Assembly (NCBI GenBank): GCA_964106645.2
Contig: OZ067049.1
Strand: one strand, 5' to 3'
DNA length: 64,000 bases
Source: Podarcis pityusensis
Taxonomy: Eukaryota
Shown: positions 51,182 through 60,909 of the stretch, piece by piece
Layout: the number at the start of each line of letters is the position of its first letter
Numbering within the stretch: position 1 is the first letter of the stretch
The notes under the pieces: generated by a model
What the model was told of the DNA's origin: nothing
What the model saw: the letters and a program-made list of their open reading frames with translations, nothing else
Databases searched by the model: none
Position numbers and translations under genes: made by a program

Positions 51182-52135
51182 GTTGTGAGCGGGAGCCGTT
51201 TCCCGCGTTGGCAGGGGGTGTTCCGCCCCCTGCCCAGCTGCTCCGGCTGCTGTGCCACCCCCCCAGGTGGCCAGCCAATCGGCTGGAGGCTTGGGGGCAG
51301 TGTTTAGCTGCTCAAACGCGGCCGCGGAAGTGTTTCCCAGCCATTGTGCTGCTGCTTCTCGTCGGATCAAGACGTCGGTTTACGACCTCCAGGAAGGACC
51401 TCCTCGACCACGTGCAGGCTGAGCAAGTGTTGAGGATTTTTAGCAGCTAGTTTGCTTTAGGCTAACTGGTCTGCAGAAGATCGCCCCGTCAGCGCCGGTT
51501 GAGCCAGCAGGCTCCCGCTGCCTTGCACTGCCAACTCTGAACACCAGCTCTGAACGCAGCAACTGTTACTGAGAGCCTGAGGCAACAGCGGTGTGCAAAG
51601 CAGTGTGTGAGGTTCAGAGGCGGGGGTGTGGGTTTGGCTGGCTGTATCCCCCCCCCTTTTCTAGTTTTTTCGGGCTATGATACCCCCCCCCCCGGTCCTT
51701 TTAAAGTTTTAAAGGATCTCCCCCCCCCCCCCCGGTCCTAGGCATTGGAATATGGTTGTGTGTTGGAGGGCAGGGTGTGGCCATCGCCTACCCCTCCATT
51801 TTATGGGTATTCTGGTAAAGGAATCCGGCGGTTGTGGATCCTGTCCAACACCCTTGCTGGTGGCTAGGGCCATGGCACGACCCCCGGTGACATCAGGGGG
51901 AGCTTTCAGTTGTATTTGCATCAACAGGCTCCTCCCACTGGTGATTAACCCTTGATAGACTCACCCCTCCCTGCGGGTGTGGAGTCACACTCTGTTGTTT
52001 TATCCAATGCCTAAGCCAATACCTCTCACATGCTGTAATCAATAAAGTTGTGGCCTTTTTTAGCCCATTAACCTAATATACCGTGTCCCTGTGTCTTTCT
52101 TATCCTCAAGCGGGTGGTGGGTCGTCGAATCACAA
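51182..52135 (+). mobile_element. GC-rich LTR-like element of uncertain class
   Basis: Abrupt CpG-rich block with TTGTGA...TCACAA ends; AATAAA 52041-52046 followed by a GT-rich U5-like segment; no TSD seen. Confidence 0.5.
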
Positions 52136-52749
52136 TACTATTTTCTCTTACAAGCCTTTTCTTTTTAAAAATGGTTAGCAGCTAGTGCCAAACTTTGAAT
52201 GAAATGGCTTGTCTAGAGGAGAATATTCAACATCCTGACAATGCGCTTACTGGGAAAGAGCCAAGGTTAAATGAGCACAATCATGCCTAAGTAACCTTGA
52301 ATCTAATAAAACAGAACAGCTCCAAGATCTGTTAACGGAACTTAAGTTGTTATTCAAATGGAATGCCATAACTCACGTGGGGCTGTCATCCTGGGGAGGG
52401 AATGTAGATCACAAGCAACCTTCTCTGTCACAACGAATGTTCGCTTTACATTCACACACAGAATGAGATCCACCGCGCCAAAAAAGCTGTTGTCCCTGAG
52501 AGTGAATTCACACGTGGACACATTCATCACCGTGTGAGATGGCCACCGCTGATTAAACAAGGCAGAGGGAAAGTTCAGGTGCCCTGACACCACTTTGGAC
52601 TATGCTTTCCATTGGCGGCAATTCATGTATTCAGCTGCAAATCACTGAGTAATGTATGTGAATGTGTACATCAGCCTTGAGCTACATTTTACTTTATATG
52701 CTCTTCTTATTTTACATTTATTTAACATCAACAGTGTGCGAGTGCTCTC

Positions 52750-52750
<1 letters not shown>

Positions 52751-52799
<49 letters not shown>
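52751..52799. repeat. (AAT)n microsatellite
   Basis: Direct reading. Confidence 0.95.
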
Positions 52800-53609
52800 T
52801 TATTAATTGTACACAGTGCTTTTTTCTGGGGGTACTGGCACCTTTCCCCCACAAATGTTAAAAGTGTGGCATTTATTAGAATGACTTCATGGTGAGTACC
52901 GGCACCTTTTTTTCTTAAAAAAAAGCACTGTTTGTACCCCACCCATCTGACTGGGTTGCCCTAGCCACTCTGGGCGGCTTCCAACACAGGATACACCAGA
53001 CATTTGCTTGAAAAAGGTCAGTGAGATATAGGGGTTAGAGCAGCCTTAGTCCCCAGATGTTATTGAACTACAACTCCCATCACCCTAGCTAGCAAGAACT
53101 GAGCTCAGAGCTGATGGGAGTTGTAGTCCAACAACATCTGGGGACCCACAGGTTGAGAACCGCTGGGTTAGTGTCAAATTATGTTCTGACTGAGCTTTCA
53201 AAGGTATGATGCTTCTGACTGTCAGCTGCTGGGAATCCAAAATGGCGAGAGTGCCCTTGGTCACCTGGTTGGCTGGACTTTGATGAGCCTCCCATCCGAT
53301 CCAACAGGGCTCTTTTTATGCTCTTCTGTCCCTAAGAGAGGACCCTGGTGGAAAAAAGGACCATCATGGAAGGAGGCTGGAGATGATTCAGGCATATTGT
53401 TATGCACAAATAAATGTTCATTAGCAGACTGAATGTAATTTTCTATGATAAATCCAGCCACAGGGAACATGGCACAGGAGTGCCTTTTGAGATGCAAACC
53501 ACAGGAATATAATATGAGAGGTTTTATAGACAACAGGGCAAAACTGTTCCAGACTGAACCACTTTAGCTGGGGTTGGGGGTTGCATGCCTGAACGCATAT
53601 TTATTGTTG

Positions 53610-54290
53610 CATGCCACTCCTATCTCCGAGTGGGGTTCCAGGTGCCTGCCGAGGGTTCATGATTCCTCTGGGAAATGAGGCATAGTGGAGACTGTAGTGT
53701 CTTTCTAATATATGGTTTATTTCCACCTATATACAACCTGAGCCTACAATGGACGGGCTCACAGCGTAAACACCCCAAAAGGGCCTTGTTTCTCCCATAG
53801 CTGCAACCTTGGATTCAAACAGAAATCAAACATTGCTCTCAAATATTGCTCTTCCTCTCTCCAGATTGCTGCTTTCCTTGCTAGGTCACATCACTGCTCC
53901 TATTAAAACTAAACTCTGGTTTTATCTGTTGAGGGAGGGGCCCCCACATATTTGCTGTTTCACACCACGCCCTTAATGTCTCATCGTCCACCCAGGCTAT
54001 CACCTGACAGTGAGAGCTGTTTGACAGCAGAAGTTGGGGACTCTCTTTCCTTTGAGGTTTTAAGCAGGGGTAGGATGGCCATCTGTCATCTATGCTTTAG
54101 CTGAGATTTCTGCATTGCAGGGGTTGGACTAGATGACCCTTGGGGTTCCTTCCAACTCTATGATTCTATGAGCTCACCAGGAGGCTAGCCTGGCTGTTCC
54201 AAGAGTTAGGAATTTTGATTAAATTCTAACACCTGCTGGATCCAGCAATTAGAGGGGTCTAGCACCCAGGTTAAGACCCCAAACTCATAA
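53610..54290 (-). mobile_element. LTR-like remnant with nested CR1 3' end (about 54015-54170, +)
   Basis: The CR1 tail GGTTGGACTAGATGACCC...CTATGATTCTATG is clear; the flanks are only LTR-like in character. Confidence 0.4.
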
Positions 54291-55130
54291 CTATATTTTA
54301 AAGCTCCCTGAGCACACAAATTAGAGAAGGACGCTAATATATATTTCTCCCGAGCAGCAAATCAGCAAACGTCTCTAAAGCCTGTGCAAAACTATTCAAG
54401 GATCAAAATAGGTGCTTCTGAATACAGAGTGAGCAGGAACTTTCTGTCCAGTATATATTTTTTCTTCCCACATAAGAGTAAAGATTTCTCCTAATTGGAC
54501 TGTTTTGTTCAAATAATCCTCTCTTGCCACTAATCACACCCTGAGCCATTAAGTGGAAATTACTGTCAAGACAACTTTCTTTCTAGCTGCAAAGAGAATA
54601 AAAAGGTAAAGGGGGGAATCTACAGGTAAAGGCAAGTAGACCAGTTCAGTTTCCATCACACTGCTACCACCTGCCAGAAAACCTTTTGGATGAGTACCTG
54701 ATATCATATCTGACTCATAGGCTGAATCAGATGAGGGTTATTTTCTGTCCATCATCAATCAGCAGGGTAAAAACACAAAAGAATAAAATACATGGGTTAT
54801 TTTTTAAAAACAACCATAACAACAAAGTACACAAAGCTAACATCTTATGATGAGTTTTGTAAACTGGCCAAGAAAGTTCATCAAACTGAAATGGATTGAT
54901 CATTCCCTCTAATAGCCAACTCCAGTGGCTGAGTGCCTGTCAGTCTGGAAGCATATGGTTCCCCTTGAAAATAAGGTTGCTTTTAGAGACATGTGTATAG
55001 CAGGGGTGGCTCACCTGTGATCTTCCAGATATTGTTGGATTCTCATTATCCCTGACTATTGGTCTGACTGAGGCTGATGGGAGTTAATCTAAGCAGCTGT
55101 ACTTCATTTTCATTTATTTTATTTCATTTA

Positions 55131-55372
55131 TAGTGGTACCTCGGGTTTCAGACACTTCAGGTTACAGACGCTTCAGGGTACAGACTCCGCTAACCCAGAA
55201 ATAGTACCTCAGGTTAAGAACTTTGCTTCAGGATGAGAACAGAAATCGTGCAGTGGCAGCACGGTGGCAGCAGGAGGCCCCATTAGCTAAAGTGGTGCTT
55301 CAGGTTAAGAACAGTTTCAAGTTAAGAATGGACCTCCAGAACGAATTAAGTTCTTAACCCGAGGTACCACTG
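55131..55372. mobile_element. Tigger-like MITE, same family
   Basis: TIRs and TA TSD; opposite orientation to the 45775 copy. Confidence 0.9.
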
Positions 55373-56221
55373 TATTAAATTTCTTCATCTGAGGATCCCC
55401 CCCCCGGGGGGGAGGGTTACAATATAAAAAGGGGGGAAAGTACATAACATAGTCACAAACAGAAACGATAGCGCCCACAGCATTTCATTAGCAGTACCTG
55501 GGAATTGCAATGGTTGTTTTGTGTGAGCCACCCTCAAACATAGAGCTGCAATCTTAGGTCTTGGATTGCACTGTTGCACAAGCAGAATTTAAAAGATATT
55601 GCGCACTGAATTCACCTTTCTGGGTCAGCAGAAACAGAGGAAAGCCTTGCTCCTTCAGACAAGATTGTCTCTTTGTTCCTGAGGAAGCCGTTACTGATTA
55701 CAGTAGAGGAACCTAACCTTGGATCCTGCCCTAGCACCAAGATCCTAACATGCGATCTTGAAATGACACTAGATGGATTCATTCTGCTGCTCCACTCCCC
55801 TGGCTTCTAACCAAGTAGGTCAAAGTTTTCTACATTCCTCATAGCCCATATAACATGAGTGAGAGCCATTCATATCCTTCAAAGTGCCAAAATATATGAA
55901 ATCTAAGTACCACAATGCAATTGGGTTGTACCTTGATGTACAACTGGGCAGGAGACAGAGCAGACTTCCTTCTCATTGCAGTTCAAGTTCTGAAGCAGAG
56001 GTGGGGGGGGTGTTGAAACAGGGGCATTAGCAATCCTACTGCCTAGCAAATGAATGTCCTTGTCCATCTCTGTGGCATTTAGCAACTGAGCCTGGAAATT
56101 GTACATGATGGAGAAAGCAAGGAAAAAGTTTGCAGACCAGCAACCCAAGATTGATTTCTCTGCATCTGCATTATCAATGGCATAAGCATTTCGTGCAGCC
56201 AAGTCACACAGCTTGTGCAAT

Positions 56222-56361
56222 NNNNNNNNNNNNNNNNNNNNNNNNNNNNNNNNNNNNNNNNNNNNNNNNNNNNNNNNNNNNNNNNNNNNNNNNNNNNNNN
56301 NNNNNNNNNNNNNNNNNNNNNNNNNNNNNNNNNNNNNNNNNNNNNNNNNNNNNNNNNNNNN
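56222..56361. other. Assembly gap (140 N)
   Basis: Run of N. Confidence 1.
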
Positions 56362-56439
56362 NGTTTATTTAGGGCTTTGTAAAGAAGAAGTCATCCTTCC
56401 ACTCCTTGAAGCAAGGCCTTGAGGCCCCTCATCTTCAAA

Positions 56440-56890
56440 CCAAGCAGGGCCTGACATCCAAAAACGTCTTCACAAAGTCACCCCGGATGAGTCACTAAGA
56501 TCTGCTTTGATGATTCATCGGGGGCCTCCTGGGACGATGGCACAAGAGGCATCTTGGAGAGGCCTGGAAGGAGAGGGCTCCTTCCTACGTAGATACAAAC
56601 CCCAGATTGCATCATCTGGAAAAACCACACGGAATACGGCTCTCTGCGTGCAGACTCTCAAGTAGGGGGCCACCACCCCCCAAAAGAAGGAAGGAAGGAA
56701 GCAAGCGAGCCCTGAGGTGACTGGATGCTGATCCGTCTCCATCACGCCTTGGGGCGGCCTGTGCGGGTGGGGTCTTCTCATGTGACTCACATGATAAATA
56801 CCAGGGAGCAATTAGGCTGAGGCAGAGGAAGCTCTCTGGCCCTCCCCACCGCCAGGAATATAAAGTGGAGAGAGTTGGCTTGGTGTGCAT
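56440..56890 (+). promoter_or_regulatory. TAC1 proximal promoter (AP-1 sites, E-box/AP-1 palindrome, TATA box)
   Basis: TGAGTCA 56488-56494; TCATGTGACTCACATGA 56778-56794; TATAAA 56859-56864. Confidence 0.75.
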
Positions 56891-56933
56891 TCACTGAGCC
56901 CCACACCCAGGGAAGCAGCAGCGTCCTCTCACA
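56889..56933 (+). other. TAC1: Probable non-coding exon 1 of TAC1
   Basis: TATAAA at 56859-56864, initiator-like TGCATT about 30 nt downstream, donor ACA|GTAAGT at 56934. Mammalian TAC1 has a non-coding exon 1. Confidence 0.65.
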
Positions 56934-57155
56934 GTAAGTGCCCTCTCCGTGCTTCAGCGTTGGCTCCTTGCCTTAGGCATCACTTGCATCCAGGTTCCTG
57001 CATCTCTCCGCAGCATCCAGCGGGAGGACCAGCCGCCTTTGCCTTCTTTTCATCTCGTCTAGGCTGAGATGCGCTGGCAAGGAGGGGAAAGCCTGTATTC
57101 AACACACGCCCACCCCTCACATTTCTCTCTCTCTGTCTCTGTCTCTTTGCTACAG

Positions 57156-57303
57156 CTTCTCAGAACTTTTCAGCAGCCGTAGGGCGAGAGGAGGGGACGA
57201 CGGTCCGGGCTTTTCCTCGACGGCATCCTCTCCACCTCCTGCCGTCCCGCCAAGGGTTCCTCGGGCTGCTCCTCGACGTGGAGGAAAGCGGGCGGCGGCG
57301 ACG
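57156..57303 (+). other. TAC1: Probable 5' UTR part of TAC1 exon 2
   Basis: Long pyrimidine tract 57122-57151 ending TACAG at 57155; no ATG between this acceptor and 57304. Confidence 0.55.
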
Positions 57304-57426
57304 ATGAAATTCCTGGCGGTTTTGACCGTGCTGTTCCTAGTCTCGGCTCAAGCATTTGCGGAAGAGCTGGGAGACAACGAGGAGCTGAATTACTGGTCGG
57401 ACTGGTCCGATGGCGACCAAAACAAG
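57304..57426 (+). CDS. TAC1: Preprotachykinin-1, first coding exon (signal peptide + acidic N-terminal propeptide); partial CDS, later exons not found in window
   Basis: Manual translation [41 protein letters not shown] (41 aa) is colinear with human TAC1 [41 protein letters not shown]. Kozak context gcgacgATGa; phase-0 donor AAG|GTGAGC at 57427. Confidence 0.95.
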
Positions 57427-57621
57427 GTGAGCGAAAGATGCTTTTCAAGCCCCGACGGCTAAGTCCGGTGGTGGCTTTTTTTCGACGGTGGCGCACGGGC
57501 GGTGGGGTGTTACTGGGGTCGTGCTGATTTTTGCTGTTGAGTTTGAACTGGTTCTAAAACCAGAGATCACGTCTGGGGAAAGTCCTGGGCTTCACCGGTG
57601 CACAGCGATTTTCTCCGGGGC

Positions 57622-57649
57622 GTGTGTGTGTGTGTGTGTGTGTGTGTGT
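57622..57649. repeat. (GT)n microsatellite in TAC1 intron
   Basis: Direct reading. Confidence 0.95.
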
Positions 57650-58495
57650 TTATTAGACAGGGAGAGGAAGGCAAATCCACAGGGTTGGTTTTTTCTCAAA
57701 ACCCTCGTCTGTCCATGCAACTTGCCAACATGTTTCTCCCCAGCAAAGGAATTCACAGCGTCGTCGGAGAAACTGCGGACGGTTCTGTGGATGCCCCGTT
57801 AAAGATTAGAAGCAAAGGAGACCGAGAAAGAAAGATATATTTTTTTCATCGCTAGCTATACTCAGAGCAGATCCCTTAAAAGTAACGGGCATGGCTCCCG
57901 TATGTACATTAATTTCAACGTATCTACTCTGAGTAGGGCTTAGTTGGACGCCACCCAATGCACTTTCTTTTTATTTCTTCGTTCATATTAAGGCTGCCGT
58001 CCTTTCCTTGCGAACGGCCAAGCCCCGATGAACGCAGGTGGGGTTTATGCATCGGACAGCGCCGCAAAACTGCAATCCGATGCACGCTTAATCTGAGAGT
58101 AAATCCGAGCCAAGAGGGTGGGAGTTTACTTCGGAGTTAAGCGTGTTTTAGATTCGGCTGGCTGCGCAGCCAGAGCTGAGAAAATGGGAAAATTTTATTC
58201 GTTTCGGACACCGAAGATGCAGTGTGTTTTATAAGAACTCCTATACCATCCTAATGAAACAACTTCTGAGCGGATTGCACTGGGAAGCGGGGCGCAGGGG
58301 TCGTTTGGAGTTCGATCCTTAAAAATTCCCATTTCTTCCCCTGCCAGACCCCACCAGAGATAATAGATAACAAAGTTGAGAGGCTACTTCTTTGAGATTT
58401 CAACTTCCTTCCTCACCCTCCCAAGACTGGTTACATTAGCTCATGGGGCAAAAGTGTCACACAGGTTCCAGGTATAGGATAGAGGGATAGAAATA

Positions 58496-58734
58496 CAGTG
58501 GCACCTGAAGTTACAGATGCTTCAGGTTACAGGCACTTCAGGTTACAGACTCTGCTAACCCAGAAATAGTACCTCTGGTTAAGAACTTTACCACAGGATG
58601 AGAACAGAAATCATGTGGCAGTGGCAGCGGGAGGCCCCATTAGCTAAAGTGGTACCTCAGGTTAAGAACAGTTTCAGGTTAAGAACGGACCTCCAGAACG
58701 AATTAAGTTCTTAACCCGAGGTACGGTACCACTG
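58496..58734. mobile_element. Tigger-like MITE, same family, TAC1 intron
   Basis: TIRs and TA TSD. Confidence 0.9.
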
Positions 58735-59785
58735 TAGAGAAAAGTCAGCTCTAAAGTGCTCCTGTCCTGTGGAATAACATTTCTGTCAAGCTCCACAGGT
58801 GCCCACTATCTTTACCTTCTAGAAAGACACATTTGCTCCAACAGCCTTTCCCAGCCAGATAGGTGGGTCTTTGTCCTTAGTGTCTATTTTGTATTGCATT
58901 ACTTTTGTACTAAATGTATTGGTTGGTTGGTTGTGCATTTGTGTTTTGCTGTTTTTCACTGCTTTTATTGTGCATCACTTTGGGGTGATTGCTTGGAAGG
59001 CAAATAATAAATTATTATTGAGAATAATAACAACAGCCAGGTAGTGCCTGAATATAGGGATAAGAATCTGTGGGTCTCCCAGGTGCTATTCAGGTTGCTT
59101 ATCTGCAAGCCACCTGCATGCCAAGGTTAGAGTGCATTCCCCACATTCAGGGTTGCCTGCAACATATCTAGACCAGGGTAGACAGAGGTTGCTGGACTCC
59201 AAATCCCACCATCCTCAATCATTGGTTTTCTGGCTGGGGCTGATGGGAGTTGTAGTCCCAACAGGATCTGTAGGGCACCACATTGACTATTATTGATCTA
59301 GACTATGCCGGTAGCACAGTGCCCATAAAATGGAAAGATGCTTCGGAGCCTATGAAACATGTGTCCTCCTGCAACAGTTCCTGGTCTTGCTTCCAACTTT
59401 GCACCAGAAAATTTGAAGCAGGAGGCTTCTGGGCAGACATGCATCCAAATTATTTAAAGACTCCAATGTCCTTTCCATCCTTTCAGGTCAATGCCATCCA
59501 TGCCCTGCTCTGTTTCAGATTGGAGTGGTGGCAGTGGCGGTTTTCTCTTGCTGTCATTTCCCCCTTCTTTTTTCCAGTACTGGATACAGTCTTTGGGGCA
59601 TCTTTAAGGGTGATGGAAGACAATGACAAGGATTCTTCTCTATCACTAACACACAAACACAAACAACAGCAAAGCGCTCCTGAACTGTAATGCAAATTAT
59701 AATGGGATGAGAAATAGGGAGTGATTACCAGTGGGCACAGGATAAAACAGGAAAATCTCAAGGGCAAGCTATATATTTCTTAATA

Positions 59786-60013
59786 CAGTGGTACCTCGGG
59801 TTACATACGCTTCAGGTTACATAGACTCCGCTAACCCAAAAATAATGCTTCAGGTTAAGAACTTTGCTTCAGGATGAGAACAGAAATCGTGCTCCGGCGG
59901 CACAGCAGCAGCGGGAGGCCCCATTAGCTAAAGTGGTGCTTCAGGTTAAGAACAGTTTCAGGTTAAGAACGGACCTCCGGAACGAATTAAGTACTTAACC
60001 CGGGGTACCACTG
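59786..60013. mobile_element. Tigger-like MITE, same family, TAC1 intron
   Basis: TIRs and TA TSD; CpGs retained. Confidence 0.9.
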
Positions 60014-60149
60014 TAAATACAATATGTAGGCTGAGCTGCAGCTGTCAGTTTCTCTGAACTATGTTGTTTTACCTTGTCATACTGGGGTTCTGGGAAAACT
60101 TCCATAGCACTGGAATTTTCTTACCTTTATTGGCATGTATATACAGGAT

Positions 60150-60520
60150 TGCAGTAGGGTTCAATACCATAAAATCACTCATCAAAAACCTGTATCTAAT
60201 ACTTAAGTTAAAGTTGGATAACATCCACAAATTCTCACTGCGTGTTGCAGAAACCTGGCTACTAACTCTGTCTTATCCCCATTCTGAGTAAACACAAGGA
60301 AGGCTACCTTACATTCATCTGCATGCCATTCCCTACTAACAACCAACTGATTAATAAACTTAGATCGAATTGTCTGATAGCAGGGGCAGTGCAAAAGAAC
60401 ATGCACAACTGATTCTATTTGTCTCTGCCCACAGTAACAATGGATATAGGCAATAGGGGAATTGCAATGGGGTCCTAAGTTTGCTCTGCAGCGCTGCTCT
60501 CCAAAGGCATGTTTCTTAAG
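60150..60520 (-). mobile_element. Non-LTR retrotransposon ORF2 C-terminal zinc-knuckle remnant
   Basis: ORF 60203-60625(-) contains CYCGQRQIESVVHVLLHCPCYQTIRSKFI (CCHC-type); clade not determined. Confidence 0.7.
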
Positions 60521-60778
60521 CAAATAATGTGAGATTGTGTGAGATTTTGTCAGTTTCAAGACCTCCTCTGCAGTTTGCTCAAATAATACAGTTTTGGAAT
60601 GTGAAATTGAGTGCATCTGTAGCACATATCACTCCAGGGTTCCTCACCCTGCAAAACGCAGTGAGGTGGAATCTGGACTGAACACCAGGGTTTGCTTGCT
60701 ATTTGTTCTCCAGTGGTTTAGAACAGGGAAATTGAATCTCTTTTACCTCTCTACAATGGGGGAGGGAAGGGTTAGAAA

Positions 60779-60909
60779 CCTAGCTCAGTTGGTAGAGCAC
60801 GGGTTGTGGGTTCAAACCCCACATTGGGCAAAAGATTCCTGTGTTGCAGGAGGTTGGACTAGATGACTCTCGTGGTCCCTTCCAACTCTACAATTCTATG
60901 ATTCTATGT
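60779..60909 (+). mobile_element. tRNA-derived SINE with CR1-type tail
   Basis: TAGCTCAGTTGGTAGAGCA (A box), GGTTCAAACCC (B box), (ATTCTATG)n tail. Confidence 0.8.

Larger units (their letters stand above)
56620..58320. promoter_or_regulatory. CpG-island-like region over the TAC1 5' end
   Basis: Visibly high GC and CpG density compared with the CpG-depleted flanks; not computed. Confidence 0.7.

Noticed and set aside
50935-51450. 171-aa ORF, the longest in the track
   Set aside because: Spans the junction of an antisense L2 tail and a GC-rich repeat; no recognisable domain.
1-56200. The many 60-170 aa ORFs in the supplied track as host genes
   Set aside because: Short, overlapping, many on non-ATG starts or crossing microsatellites; the only recognisable ones are LINE remnants.
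60779-60830. tRNA gene
   Set aside because: A and B boxes are present but the anticodon arm is missing and it runs into a CR1-type tail, so it is a SINE head. The same applies to 44957 and 4721.
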